59,388 bases of DNA from Spirochaetales bacterium (GCA_016928955.1 JAFGJV010000050.1:1-59388), one strand, 5' to 3'; positions 41,594-52,309 are shown, counted from the stretch's first letter. Made by a program: numbers and translations. Notes: generated from the sequence alone by a model not told the origin.

Positions 41594-42652
41594 ATGCCAG
41601 CCCAGATCAGCCACCTTCTGGCCGGAACGGCGGCGCTTAAAGCCGCGCTGCCTTCCGACTGCGAGCGCATTCTCGCTTCCCACGGCCCGTGCTTCGCGCT
41701 GGGCTGCCAGGGTCCCGATATATTCTACCACAACCAGCGGACCCGGCCCCTGTCCGTGCTCTACGGTAGCCTGGTCCACAGGCGCGGCGCAGACATGCTG
41801 TGTCAGGCCATGGCAACCGCGGGTTTTGGGGAGGGGCCGGCCAGCGCCTGGGGCGCCTATACCCTCGGTTTCATCACCCACGTGTTCCTGGACAGGGCTT
41901 GCCACCCGTTCATCGTGTATCACTCCGGTTGGGTCATGGCCGGGCGGCCGGAAACGGCCTCCTACCGTTCCTGTCACCCCATGCTGGAACGCGTGTTGGA
42001 CGTGCTTGCCTGGGAGCGGTCCTGCGGCCTGCCCGTGTCGGCGTTCAGGCAACAGAGGACCCTCTGCCCGGCTTGGTCGGCCATGCCATCCTTTGCCGAG
42101 CGCCTTGCCCTGGCTCTTCGGGGCGCGTACCGCAGCAGGGCAGCGTCCGACGCCGATCTGCGCGCGCGCATGGCCAACGCCTTTACCGATTCCTGCTACT
42201 TTTACGAACACACGGACCCGTCGGACACAAGCATGGATGGGCGCGGCTCGCGGGAGTACGCCTACCCCTTTGCCGAACTCGGTTTCCGATCGGTGTCCCT
42301 GGTGTATCCGGAGGGGTTTGAGCGCTCCGTGGACTGGGCAAACGAGGAACACCGGACCTGGCTCCACCCCTGCGAGCCCGAGCGCCCGTCGGACGCGTCC
42401 TACTTTGATCTGTGCGCGGCTGCCGAGTCCGACTCGGTGCCCGTCCTCCGCGTTTGCGCGGACGCCCTCCGCGGCTCGCGAGAGTCGCTCATACAGCTTC
42501 CCCTGGCCGTGGGGTCGGGCACCCTCAACGTGGGCGACGCGGCCGGCAAGCAGGCGCGGCCACTGCGCATGGATCCCCTGCCCCTGGAAGCCCTCATGCG
42601 AGCGCAGTACGAGGCGCGTTTGAGCCTTCTTGGCGGGCCGTTAATGAACTAG
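41594..42652 (+). CDS. Zinc-dependent phospholipase C family protein
   Basis: MPxxxxH, GCQGPDIFYH, GFITHVFLDRACHPFI, HPMLE. Confidence 0.75.
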   Translation: MPAQISHLLAGTAALKAALPSDCERILASHGPCFALGCQGPDIFYHNQRTRPLSVLYGSLVHRRGADMLCQAMATAGFGEGPASAWGAYTLGFITHVFLDRACHPFIVYHSGWVMAGRPETASYRSCHPMLERVLDVLAWERSCGLPVSAFRQQRTLCPAWSAMPSFAERLALALRGAYRSRAASDADLRARMANAFTDSCYFYEHTDPSDTSMDGRGSREYAYPFAELGFRSVSLVYPEGFERSVDWANEEHRTWLHPCEPERPSDASYFDLCAAAESDSVPVLRVCADALRGSRESLIQLPLAVGSGTLNVGDAAGKQARPLRMDPLPLEALMRAQYEARLSLLGGPLMN

Positions 42653-42653
42653 A

Positions 42654-42691
42654 GGGAGCCTCTAATAACCATGGGGTTTTTAGAGGTTCCC
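42654..42691. repeat. Family A short repeat
   Basis: GGGAGCCTCTAATAACCATGGGGTTTTTAGAGGTTCCC directly after a TAG stop. Confidence 0.9.
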
Positions 42692-42776
42692 TAGATGCTG
42701 GCACCGGCCTCTTTGGGGTAGCCCAGGCGGCATTGTCGATTGACCGCCATGCCTGGCACGTATAGTATGGGCTGGT

Positions 42777-43958
42777 ATGAACATGAAAGACAGGCTTGCC
42801 AAGGCGTACGGACAATCGGCCCCCAAGAACCCGGGAAAGGCGCAGGCGGCGCCACCTTCTGAGAAGGCGCGAGCGCCGTCCGCTGCCGCCAAAGGCAAGG
42901 CCGGAGCCGCGTCGGGGCGCGCCGGCCTCATCAAAGCTGCCGAGCGCTCTGAAAACCTGATAAAAAGCGGCCTGCCGGGCATGGAAAAGGCGGCCAAGTT
43001 CCTCCTCCTTCTCGGGCAGGAAGAGGCCGCTTCCGTCATTCGTCATCTGAAACCCGCGGAGATCGAGGCCATATCCAGGGAAATAGCGCGGATAGACAGG
43101 ATCGACACCAAAGAGGCCAACGACATCCTCACGGAGTTCGGATGGCTGGCAAAAACGCAGGGCGCGTCCCTGTCCGGCGGCCCCGAGACAGCCGAGCGCA
43201 TGCTGTCGGCCGCCTTTGGCGCGGACAAGGCCAAGGAAGTCCTGCGCAAGGCCGTGCCGGAGAGCCAAAAGCCCTTCTCCTTCCTCAACGAATTTGAAGC
43301 TCGCCAGCTTGTGGTCCTTCTCAAGGACGAATCTCCCCAGGTCATGGCCATGATCCTGCCCTACCTGAACCCCAAGTTGGCCAGCTCCGTCATATCCGAG
43401 CTACCGGACGTCCTCCGCACCGAGGTGGTCAAACGCATAGCCACCCTGGACCGCATGACCCCGGAAGTCATGGAAAAGGTCGAGGAAGTGCTCAGGGACA
43501 GGATCGTGCGCCTTGGCCGCCCGGACAGCGCCGAGCGCATAGACGGCACGGCCGTCTTGGCCGGCATCCTCAAGCACGTGGGCGGCGGCCTGGAAAGCCG
43601 CATCCTGGACGGCATAGAACGTGACAATCCCGACCTCTCCCAGTCCATACGTGAGCGCCTGTTCACGGTGGACGACATCCTCAGGGTGCCGGACCGCAGC
43701 GTCCAGAAAGCCCTCAGGGACCTGTCCGAACGTGAGCTGGCCATGATGCTCAAGGGCAAAAGCCAGGCGTTCCGGGACAAGATCCTGGCAAACGTGTCAC
43801 AAAGCAAGCGCCTTATCGTGATGGAAGAATACGATATCCTGGGCACCGTCAGGCGCGAGGACGTGGACAAGCTCACCCGCGCCCTGGTGGATTGGTTCAA
43901 GCGACGCTGGGAGGACGGCGACCTGGTTTTGGAGGGAGAAGAGGATCTGGTCGACTGA
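42777..43958 (+). CDS. fliG: Flagellar motor switch protein FliG paralogue
   Basis: KAAKFLLLLG, PFSFL, ESPQVMA, LFTVDDI; Ala/Lys-rich N-terminal extension. Confidence 0.85.
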   Translation: MNMKDRLAKAYGQSAPKNPGKAQAAPPSEKARAPSAAAKGKAGAASGRAGLIKAAERSENLIKSGLPGMEKAAKFLLLLGQEEAASVIRHLKPAEIEAISREIARIDRIDTKEANDILTEFGWLAKTQGASLSGGPETAERMLSAAFGADKAKEVLRKAVPESQKPFSFLNEFEARQLVVLLKDESPQVMAMILPYLNPKLASSVISELPDVLRTEVVKRIATLDRMTPEVMEKVEEVLRDRIVRLGRPDSAERIDGTAVLAGILKHVGGGLESRILDGIERDNPDLSQSIRERLFTVDDILRVPDRSVQKALRDLSERELAMMLKGKSQAFRDKILANVSQSKRLIVMEEYDILGTVRREDVDKLTRALVDWFKRRWEDGDLVLEGEEDLVD

Positions 43959-44005
43959 CAGCCGTGGCCGCCAGGCTATCTATTCCTTGCTCCCGGCACA
44001 CGGCC

Positions 44006-44533
44006 TTACGGCTCTACATAGCGCAGGGCGCCGTCTGACGACTCCTCAGCCCTCGCCAGCATGAACAGGAGATCCGACAGCCGGTTGACATAGGTCCGGG
44101 CCGCCTGGGATACCTCGGCCTCCCGCGCCAGGGTTACCATGCGCCGCTCAGCCCTCCGGCACACGGTTCTGGCCACGTCCAGTTTGGCAGAGGCCAGTGT
44201 GGAACCGGGAATCACAAAGCCTGAGAGCGGGATATCGCTCTCAAGGGCGGCTACCCGGGAGGCCAGGCGCTCGGCGTCCGCGCTGTCCAGGCGGCGGGCG
44301 GGCTGACCGCTCCTGGTCGCCAGTTCCGAGGCCAGTCGGTACAAATCCCGCTGGATTTCGTCCACGGCCGCCCTGCAGTCATCCCGCTTGAGCCAGTGCC
44401 GCGCCTCGCCCAGCACCGAATCCAGCTCGTCCACGGTCCCGTATGCCTCCACGCGGAGATCGTCCTTGCGGACCCGTTCCCCGGACCACAGATCCGTCAG
44501 CCCGCCGTCGCCCGTTCCCGTCACAATACCCAT
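44006..44533 (-). CDS. PduO-type ATP:cob(I)alamin adenosyltransferase
   Basis: TGTGDGG, AYGTVDEL, RTVCRRAERR, NRLSDLLF. Confidence 0.9.
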   Translation of the reverse strand: MGIVTGTGDGGLTDLWSGERVRKDDLRVEAYGTVDELDSVLGEARHWLKRDDCRAAVDEIQRDLYRLASELATRSGQPARRLDSADAERLASRVAALESDIPLSGFVIPGSTLASAKLDVARTVCRRAERRMVTLAREAEVSQAARTYVNRLSDLLFMLARAEESSDGALRYVEP

Positions 44534-44674
44534 GCGTTCCCCCTTCCGTGGCTACACTCTACCAGTCCGCTGGAAAAACCGGAAGCGGCTCCCCTGACGG
44601 ACAGCACGCGCGCAGCCGGCTATCTCGACTTTGCATCAGGCCATACATGGTGTACAATGGATGCGGGAGGGGCT

Positions 44675-44881
44675 ATGGAGCCCATGAACGAGAGGGGATA
44701 CGTTCTACTCAGGCAACTCATAGCGGACGTGGAAGGCGCTCCGTTCCCCAGCACCATCAACAACGAGCTGTACACCATCTGGTACGAGCACGTCCAGGAA
44801 GCCGCCCATGAGGCCCTTGAATTCCTCAACACCTATGACCCCGACTACCGGGCGTCGGCGGAGGAGGAACCCTCATTTTGA
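44675..44881 (+). CDS. Small acidic hypothetical protein (68 aa)
   Basis: RBS GGGAGG; TTGCAT-N16-TACAAT upstream; its stop overlaps the next TTG start. Confidence 0.65.
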   Translation: MEPMNERGYVLLRQLIADVEGAPFPSTINNELYTIWYEHVQEAAHEALEFLNTYDPDYRASAEEEPSF

Positions 44882-47148
44882 CACGGGTTTCAGGTAAAAA
44901 CAGCCAGCCTCCCGGTGCGCCGGACAACCCGGAAAAGGCCGTAGACGCGGCCAACGCCAGGGTATGGGACGAGCTTCTCTGTAAGCCAGCAAAGGCCCGC
45001 AAGGACGCCGAGCGCATCCTGGCGGAAGCCGATGCCTTGTCCTATCCGCGCGGCCGGGCCGACGCCTTTCTCAATCTCGGCTGGTGCGACTACCACCTGT
45101 CCCGCCTTTCCGACGCTTTTGAAAACCTGTCGGCCGCCGCCGAGGCCTATGACGCCCTCGGTGACGCCGAAGGCGTGTGCAAGGCCCTGAACGGCATAGG
45201 CGCCTACTATTTCGAGATTTCCCGCCTAGACAAGGCCGTGGACTACTTTACCCGCAGCCTGGAGCGCGCCCGACAGCACGGACTGCGCGACCGGGAAGTG
45301 GCGGCCATGACCAACATCGGCGAGCTGTGCATAGAGCTTGGCAACCCCAAAGAAGCCCTGGATTACCTCCTCAAGGCGTACGACATACAGATAGGCGACA
45401 TCGCTGGAGAGCACGGCGCCGTCATCCTGGTCAACATAGGGCGGGCCTTCCTGGAGATGGGCAACCTGCAACTGGCGCGGGAATTTTCAGAAAAAGCCCT
45501 GGCCATAGCCGACGCGGCCAACGAGCCCCTGATATCGGCCGAGAGCAAGGAGACGCTGGCCCGCGCTGCCATGACCGAGGGCATGTTTGCCGAGGCCGAG
45601 ACCCTGCTCAAGCAGGCCCTGAGCCTGGCCAACCGTACTAAAAGCCCCAGGCTCAGGGGAAACGTCCTCATAGCCTTGGGCCGCCTTCTGCTGGAACAGA
45701 AGAAGCCCGCGGAAGCGCTCAAGCCCCTTGAGGAGGCGGCCAGCCTCTGCGACGACATCAAATCCAAGAAAAGCATGTACAGCGCCTTCGGCGAACTTGC
45801 CCGCGCCTACGAGGAGCTCAAGAACCACGAAAAAGCACTGGCCTATTTCAAAAAATTCTCCTATTACCGGGCGGAGGTGCTCAGGGAGGACACCGCGCAG
45901 AAGGTTCGCAGCATACAGGTCCAGGCTGAGATAGACAGGGCCCAGCAGCAGGCCGAGATATACCGACTGCGCAACACAGAACTCAAGGACAAGACCGATG
46001 CCCTTGAGGAATCCAACCGGCAGATCACGTCGATATCCGAAATAGGGCGCAAGGTAACCGCCAGCCTGAGTTTTCACACCGTGGTGAAAACGCTGTACGA
46101 AAGCCTCAAGCCCCTGATAGACATGGACATCTTCGGGGTGGCCCTGCACGACCCGAGCGCCCGCCAGCTCGTGTACCGGGATTTTTACGAGGACGGGGAT
46201 CTCAAACACGACCGTTCGGTGGCGGACGACGCCCAGGACTCGTTCGCGGCCTGGGCTTTTATGCACCGCAAGCCTGTCCTCATGGCCAACAAGGACCAGG
46301 AATACGCCCGCTATCTTGCCCAACCGTCCCATGTGCGCGGAAAACCCTGCCAGTCCATAGCCTGCCTGCCGTTAATGGTTGAAAACCGCACGCTCGGTGT
46401 CCTGATGGCCCAAAATTACCGGGCCAATGCCTATACCCCGGGCCATCTTACGCTTTTGGAGGCCCTTACCCCCTATGTGGCCATAGCAGTGGAGAACGCC
46501 CTCATCCACGACAGGTTGGAAGAGCTCAACAAGGCCCTTTCGGAGGAAAAGAAGCGCCTTGAGCGGGCAACGCTCAAAATCAGCCACCTGGCCAACCATG
46601 ACTCGCTGACCGGTCTGCCCAACCGCCGCTTGTTGTTCGAGCTCGTGGGAAAGACCCTGGAAACATCGCGCCGCTCAGGCGATCTGGTGGGCGTAGCCTT
46701 CATCGACTTGGACGACTTCAAACCGGTCAACGACCTGTGGGGCCATGCCGCCGGCGACTCTGCCCTGGTCGCCATGGCCGAGCGAATAAAAAGCACCCTC
46801 CGCGCGTCGGACATCGTGGCCCGGGTTGGCGGCGACGAATTCATAGCGGTGCTCACCAGCGTGAAGGACAGGAACGACATAGAACTGGTGGCGCGCAAAC
46901 TCCTGGACGAGTGTTCCCAGCCTCTGAGCTTTTCGGGCCATGTCCGCTCCTTTGGTTTTTCCATGGGCATATCGGTGTACCCGGACGACGCCGAAAGCAT
47001 GGAGGATCTGATCAACAAGGCCGATTCTGCCATGTACCGGGTCAAACGCGGACAGAAGCGCTCCTTTGCCTTCTCCTCGCCGGGGGATGCGGACCTGTCG
47101 GGGAGCAAGGAACAGGAGGCCGGCCTGGCCCCGGCCGCTCTCGATTGA
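44878..47148 (+). CDS. TPR-GAF-GGDEF diguanylate cyclase
   Basis: TPR array, GAF domain, DSLTGLPNRR, DLDDFK, I-site RASD five residues before an intact GGDEF. Confidence 0.9.
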   Translation: MTRVSGKNSQPPGAPDNPEKAVDAANARVWDELLCKPAKARKDAERILAEADALSYPRGRADAFLNLGWCDYHLSRLSDAFENLSAAAEAYDALGDAEGVCKALNGIGAYYFEISRLDKAVDYFTRSLERARQHGLRDREVAAMTNIGELCIELGNPKEALDYLLKAYDIQIGDIAGEHGAVILVNIGRAFLEMGNLQLAREFSEKALAIADAANEPLISAESKETLARAAMTEGMFAEAETLLKQALSLANRTKSPRLRGNVLIALGRLLLEQKKPAEALKPLEEAASLCDDIKSKKSMYSAFGELARAYEELKNHEKALAYFKKFSYYRAEVLREDTAQKVRSIQVQAEIDRAQQQAEIYRLRNTELKDKTDALEESNRQITSISEIGRKVTASLSFHTVVKTLYESLKPLIDMDIFGVALHDPSARQLVYRDFYEDGDLKHDRSVADDAQDSFAAWAFMHRKPVLMANKDQEYARYLAQPSHVRGKPCQSIACLPLMVENRTLGVLMAQNYRANAYTPGHLTLLEALTPYVAIAVENALIHDRLEELNKALSEEKKRLERATLKISHLANHDSLTGLPNRRLLFELVGKTLETSRRSGDLVGVAFIDLDDFKPVNDLWGHAAGDSALVAMAERIKSTLRASDIVARVGGDEFIAVLTSVKDRNDIELVARKLLDECSQPLSFSGHVRSFGFSMGISVYPDDAESMEDLINKADSAMYRVKRGQKRSFAFSSPGDADLSGSKEQEAGLAPAALD

Positions 47149-47248
47149 CATGGCCGGTGGGCCGTGGTATGGTTTTCCGCGCAAAGCGTAGATCATAATA
47201 CGTTCCGGGCCTCGCCCCCATACTACCAGCTCTTCCAGGAAGGATCCG

Positions 47249-48775
47249 ATGGCATCCAAAAACGACAAACATCCGCGCGCGCCCTCGGGCGAGCACGCCG
47301 CTCCCAAAGCGCATCATACCAACCCCCTGGTGTACTACGGCACGCTGGGTATTCTGGTCATCACCGTGTTCGCCTTCGTGATCGTCCCCGCCCTTCCCAA
47401 CGGCGGCTCGGGCGGCAACACCCTGACCCTCGGCTCCTGGGACGGCAAGAACATTGCCTTTGTCCAGGGTAGCTACTTTTTTGAGCAGGTGAACGCCGTC
47501 AAGGATACCTACGAGTCGCAGGGCTTCAAGGACGTTGACGCCTACCAGGTGTGGCTGCAGGCGTTCAACAACACCGTCATCCATTACGCCCTTCTGGATA
47601 TGGCCGACGAAAACGGCATAACCGTGAGCCAGGGCTACCTGGATTCCAAGATGCGCGAGCTGCCCGTTTTCATGGAAAACGGCGTCTTTTCCCGTCGCAA
47701 GTACCGTGAAACCACCACGACGCAGAAATCGGCCATCCTGACCGAACTGCGCGAGCAGGCGCTCAAGGAACGCTTTATAGGCGACGCCACCACCCTGGTG
47801 GCCAGCGGCGCTGAAAAGGCCTTCCTCAAGTCCATGGCCCAGTCCCAGCGCTCCGTAGAGTACGTGGCCTTCCCCTTCTCGGCCTATCCCGACCAGGACA
47901 AGGTGGACTTTGCCAAGGCCCATGCCGACCTGTTCAAGCGCCTCCGCCTGTCCCGCGTCACCCTTACCTCCAGCTCCAAAGAAGCCGACGAGATCCTTTC
48001 TCGCGTCAAGACAGGCACCCTGAGCTTTGAGGACGCGGCCAAAAACTACTCCAAGGACAGCTACCAAGCCGAAGGCGGCGACATGGGCTACCGCTACCTG
48101 TGGGAGCTCCGTTCCGACATGAAGGCCCCCGCTGATATAGACACCCTTTTGGCCCTCGGCTCCGGCGAGCTGTCGCCCGTGTTCGAGACCCTGGCCGGTT
48201 CTTGGGTGTTCTTCCGCGTGGACGAAGCGGCGTCCGAGCCCGACTACGCGTCCGCTGACCTGGTGCGCTCGGCCGGGGACTACATATCCCGGAACGAGAA
48301 AGGCCTCATGGAGGACCATGCGCTCAAGAACGCCGAGGCCTTTGCCGCCGGCGCCGCGAGCGATTTTGCCGGCGCCGCAGCCGGTGCCATGCTGACGGTC
48401 AAGGCCACGCCGCCGTTCTCCCTGAACTACGGCGCTGCCCTTACGGAGGGATACTTCCCCCTCATGTCGGCCATGGACACGGCCGCCACCCCAGAGCTTG
48501 CCGGCGCCGACCGCGACGAGCGTTTCCTCGAAACGGCCTTCTCCCTTGAGGCCGGCGCCGTGTCCGAGCCGGTCATCCTGAACGACTACGCCATCGTCAT
48601 GCGCCTCAAGGAAATCAGCACCCTGGACGAGGAAACCCTCGGCATGATCGACTCGTACTACTCGGCCATGCTCCAGGATTCCATCGGCGGCGACCTTGCC
48701 AGGGCCATCATGGACAGTCCCAAGCTTGAGGACAACTTCCTGACGGCGTACACCCGGGCCTTGACCGGGAACTGA
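47249..48775 (+). CDS. Membrane-anchored SurA/PpiD-like peptidyl-prolyl isomerase
   Basis: N-terminal TM helix; parvulin motif FEDAAKNYSKD and GGDMG. Confidence 0.75.
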   Translation: MASKNDKHPRAPSGEHAAPKAHHTNPLVYYGTLGILVITVFAFVIVPALPNGGSGGNTLTLGSWDGKNIAFVQGSYFFEQVNAVKDTYESQGFKDVDAYQVWLQAFNNTVIHYALLDMADENGITVSQGYLDSKMRELPVFMENGVFSRRKYRETTTTQKSAILTELREQALKERFIGDATTLVASGAEKAFLKSMAQSQRSVEYVAFPFSAYPDQDKVDFAKAHADLFKRLRLSRVTLTSSSKEADEILSRVKTGTLSFEDAAKNYSKDSYQAEGGDMGYRYLWELRSDMKAPADIDTLLALGSGELSPVFETLAGSWVFFRVDEAASEPDYASADLVRSAGDYISRNEKGLMEDHALKNAEAFAAGAASDFAGAAAGAMLTVKATPPFSLNYGAALTEGYFPLMSAMDTAATPELAGADRDERFLETAFSLEAGAVSEPVILNDYAIVMRLKEISTLDEETLGMIDSYYSAMLQDSIGGDLARAIMDSPKLEDNFLTAYTRALTGN

Positions 48776-48781
48776 GCGAGC

Positions 48782-50371
48782 ATGCGACGCCCCGACCCCC
48801 GTATCGTTGAAACGAGCGGGGGTCGTTCTATTTCCTGCGGGCAGCTTTGGCTGTACTCCCGCTACGCCCCCAAGCGCACCGCGGAGCGCGCCGCCCTGGC
48901 CGTGGAACTCACTGAAGACACCCTGTACGTCCTCGAGTCGCCCTGCTTCATGTACGGGGTGGACCGTATCCTGGAGCGCCTGCCGCCCGGCAGCGCCGTT
49001 ATAGGCGTGGAACTGGTGCCCGAACTGCTCGGCCTGGCCCTGGAATCCGCGTCCGAGTTTGCTGGCGACCCCCGCTATGCCCTGGCCAGCTCCGGAGATC
49101 CGTCCACGGTTGCCGCCCAGGCACGCGCTCTCGGCGCCTTCCGGCGCGTGGCCGCCATAAATCTCAATCAGGGAAACGCCCTGGCCCAGGAAGGATATGC
49201 AAGGATCCTGGCTGCCCTGAACGAGGACATATCCATATTCTGGCGCAACCGTGTGTCGCTCATGCGCATGGGCAGGCTGTGGACCAGGAATCTGTTCTCC
49301 AATCTGGGCGCCCTGGACTGGTCCCGGGCATCCGCTCCGGCAAGACGGAGCGGCCCCGTGGTTGTGTGCGGCGCGGGCCCGTCCTTGGACCTGGCACTTC
49401 CCTTTCTCAGATCGCTCGACGCTGGCGTTCATGTCATGGCATGCGACACGGCTTCAGGCGCGCTGGCACGCGCTGGCGTCCGCGTCGATTCCGTGGTATG
49501 CCTCGAGGCCCAGATATACAACGTGGCCGATTTCCTTCCCCTCGGCGACAGGCGCGTGGACGCGTACGTTGACCTCAGCACCCACCCGTCCAGCTTCAGG
49601 GCGCTCGGCGGGCCGCTGACCGTGCTGTCAAGCCGTTGGGCGGACTGCGCCCTCCTGGACCGCCTGTCTGCCGCCGGTCTGCCCCTGACGACCGTTCCGC
49701 CCCTCGGTTCCGTTGGCGTGCTTGCCCTTCATTTGGCGGCCAGCTGGTTTGGCGGGCCGCTCTTCATAGCTGGCCTGGATTTTGCCTTCCCCCAGGGCAG
49801 GACCCATTGCGCGGGCAGCCCAACCGACCTGGCCGAGTACAGGAGCGATACAAGGACCTACCGCAGGGACGGACGCTGGGCGGTGTCGTTCCGGGACGGC
49901 AGCTTCAGCCCCGCCCCCGGCCTGCGCAGCGATCCCGCGCTTGCCATGTACGCCCGCCTTGCAGCGCGCGAGCTGGCCGAATTCGGCGCGCCTGGCGGAC
50001 TGGCTTACGACCTCAGGCAAGGCTTGGGCTTGCCCCTGCCGGCCCGCCCGACGGGCTTTGACGAGGCGCTGACCATTCTGAAAATAGCCGCCAGGTCGGG
50101 ACCGGTAGCACAGCGAGGAAGCGCGGAAGCCGGGCACGGTTCGTCGCGGGCCAGGGCTTTTCTTGAGAACGAATTGGACCTGGCCTTGCGGTTGAGGGAC
50201 TCTTTGCGCTCAGGCTCGACAGACACGCGCGCCCTCATAGACGCCTGCGACTACATGTTCCTGCATTTTCCAGATCCAGAGCGGGTGAGGAACCTGGAAC
50301 AGGACGCGCTCAACCGTCTGGCCGCCGAAACCCTGTACTGGCAGGGACGGCTGGAAGGCGCTCTGAGCTGA
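48782..50371 (+). CDS. Maf/DUF115 (MptE-like) motility-associated factor family protein
   Basis: LYSRYAP, WTRNLFSNL, VVCGAGPSL, GLDFAF and THC. Confidence 0.75.
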   Translation: MRRPDPRIVETSGGRSISCGQLWLYSRYAPKRTAERAALAVELTEDTLYVLESPCFMYGVDRILERLPPGSAVIGVELVPELLGLALESASEFAGDPRYALASSGDPSTVAAQARALGAFRRVAAINLNQGNALAQEGYARILAALNEDISIFWRNRVSLMRMGRLWTRNLFSNLGALDWSRASAPARRSGPVVVCGAGPSLDLALPFLRSLDAGVHVMACDTASGALARAGVRVDSVVCLEAQIYNVADFLPLGDRRVDAYVDLSTHPSSFRALGGPLTVLSSRWADCALLDRLSAAGLPLTTVPPLGSVGVLALHLAASWFGGPLFIAGLDFAFPQGRTHCAGSPTDLAEYRSDTRTYRRDGRWAVSFRDGSFSPAPGLRSDPALAMYARLAARELAEFGAPGGLAYDLRQGLGLPLPARPTGFDEALTILKIAARSGPVAQRGSAEAGHGSSRARAFLENELDLALRLRDSLRSGSTDTRALIDACDYMFLHFPDPERVRNLEQDALNRLAAETLYWQGRLEGALS

Positions 50372-50429
50372 CAGCCCGCTAAGGGATGCGGCGCACGGCG
50401 CCTGCCCGCAGGGTGGCAAGCTAGCGCTT

Positions 50430-52250
50430 TCAGCGCTTGTCGTCGTCCTCGTTTTCCCTGAGCACTGCCATGAAGGATTCCTGGGTCAGCTCCACGTCGC
50501 CGATCATCTTCATGCGCTTCTTGCCTTCCTTCTGCTTTTCCAGGAGCTTGCGCTTTCGGGTGATGTCGCCGCCATAGCACTTGGCCAGCACGTCCTTGCG
50601 GACCGGGTTGACCGTCTCACGCGCTATGATGGAGCCGCCTATGGCCGCCTGGATGGCTATCTTGAACTGCTGGCGGTCCATGGAGTCGCGCAGGCGCTCG
50701 CACACCTTGCGGCCGCGCTCGTAGGCGCTCGGCTTGTAGACCAGTTGGGCAAGGGCGTCCACCGGCTTGCCGTTCAGGAGTATGTCCAGCTTGGCCAACT
50801 CGGTTGGGCGGTAGTCAATGAGCTCGTAGTCAAAGCTGGCGTAGCCGCGGCTGGTGCTCTTGAGCTTGTCGTAAAAATCAAAGAGGACCTCGGCCAGGGG
50901 CATTTCGAAAGTAAGCTCGACGCGTTTCTCGTCCAGATGGGTGAAGCCCGTCTGCGTGCCGCGTTTGTTCATACACAGGGTAATCAGGTTGCCTATATAG
51001 GTGGTTGGCGTGATGATCTGCGCCTTGATGTACGGCTCTTCCGCCGCCTCTATCTGCGACGGGTCGGGGTAATCGGCCGGGTTGTCTATGACCAGCTGGC
51101 CCTGGTCCCTGGCCATGGTCAGCCGGTACCGCACGCTGGGCGCGGTCATGATGATGGCCTGGTCGTACTCCCTTTCCAGCCGCTCCTGCACCACTTCCAG
51201 GTGGAGCATGCCCAGGAAGCCGCAACGGAAGCCAAAGCCAAGGGCCACCGAGTTGTCCTTTTCATAAAGCAGCGACGCGTCGTTCAGCTTGAGCTTTTCC
51301 AGCGCCACCTTGAGTTCCTCGTAGTCGGCGGCGTCCATGGGATACACCGAGCTGTACACCACTGGCTTGACCTCGCGGAAACCTGCCAGGGGCTCGGAGG
51401 CCGGGCGGTCGGCGCCCGTGACCGTGTCGCCAACGCGCACGTCGGACACGGTCTTGATGCCGGCTATGATGTAACCTACCTCGCCAGCCGACAGGTCTTT
51501 TGTCTTGGCCAGACCCATTTTGAACACGCCTGTTTCCTCGACCTCATACTCGGCGTCCGTGTTCATGAGGCGTATCCTCATGCCCGGCCTCACGCCGCCC
51601 TCGAATACGCGCATGTGCACGACCACGCCCCGGTAGGGATCGTAGTGGCTGTCGAAGATGAGGGCCTTGAGCTCGCTGTCAGGGGAGCCCGTGGGCGTCG
51701 GGACACGGGCGACGATGGCCTCTAAAAGCTCGTCCATGCCCTGGCCGAGCTTGGCCGACACGCACAGCGCCTCGTCGCCGTCCAGCCCCAGGTCGTGGCT
51801 GATCTGGTTGCGGGCGTCCTGTATGTTGGCGGCCGGCATGTCTATCTTGTTGATCACGGGTATGATCTCGAGGTTGTGCTCCACGGCCATGTACATGTTG
51901 GACAGGGTCTGCGCCTCAACGCCTTGGGTGGCGTCCACCAGGAGCAAGGCGCCCTCGCATGAGTTGATGGCCCTGGACACTTCGTAGGAAAAATCCACGT
52001 GGCCGGGGGTGTCCACCAGGTTGAGCGTGTACTCGTTGCCGTCCTTGGCCGTGTAGGACAGGGTCACCGCCTGGCTTTTGATGGTGATGCCGCGCTCCCG
52101 CTCTATGTCCATGTTGTCCAGCATCTGGTCCTGCAGCTTGCGCTGGTCCACAATGCTGGCGCGTTCTATGAAACGGTCTGCCAGGGTGGATTTGCCGTGG
52201 TCGATATGGGCTATGATGCAAAAATTGCGGATGCGTGCGGGCTCGTGCAT
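50430..52250 (-). CDS. lepA: Elongation factor 4
   Basis: IAHIDHGKSTLADR, DTPGHVDF, KCYGGDITRKRKLL; start MHEPARIRNF. Confidence 0.97.
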   Translation of the reverse strand: MHEPARIRNFCIIAHIDHGKSTLADRFIERASIVDQRKLQDQMLDNMDIERERGITIKSQAVTLSYTAKDGNEYTLNLVDTPGHVDFSYEVSRAINSCEGALLLVDATQGVEAQTLSNMYMAVEHNLEIIPVINKIDMPAANIQDARNQISHDLGLDGDEALCVSAKLGQGMDELLEAIVARVPTPTGSPDSELKALIFDSHYDPYRGVVVHMRVFEGGVRPGMRIRLMNTDAEYEVEETGVFKMGLAKTKDLSAGEVGYIIAGIKTVSDVRVGDTVTGADRPASEPLAGFREVKPVVYSSVYPMDAADYEELKVALEKLKLNDASLLYEKDNSVALGFGFRCGFLGMLHLEVVQERLEREYDQAIIMTAPSVRYRLTMARDQGQLVIDNPADYPDPSQIEAAEEPYIKAQIITPTTYIGNLITLCMNKRGTQTGFTHLDEKRVELTFEMPLAEVLFDFYDKLKSTSRGYASFDYELIDYRPTELAKLDILLNGKPVDALAQLVYKPSAYERGRKVCERLRDSMDRQQFKIAIQAAIGGSIIARETVNPVRKDVLAKCYGGDITRKRKLLEKQKEGKKRMKMIGDVELTQESFMAVLRENEDDDKR

Positions 52251-52257
52251 AGCTGGG

Positions 52258-52309
52258 ACTCTACCTGAAAGGCGCCCGCTTTGCAAGCTGAGGGCCGGAC
52301 CCCTATACT
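52258..52309. promoter_or_regulatory. Symmetric bidirectional promoter sharing a palindromic -35
   Basis: TTGCAA at 52281-52286; plus-strand TATACT at 52304-52309 and minus-strand TAGAGT at 52263-52258, each with a 17-nt spacer. Confidence 0.7.

Noticed and set aside
47042..49432. 796-aa minus-strand ORF, and similar long ORFs at 28791-31097 and 6100-7548
   Set aside because: Antisense shadows of well-supported genes in GC-rich DNA, with no recognisable motifs
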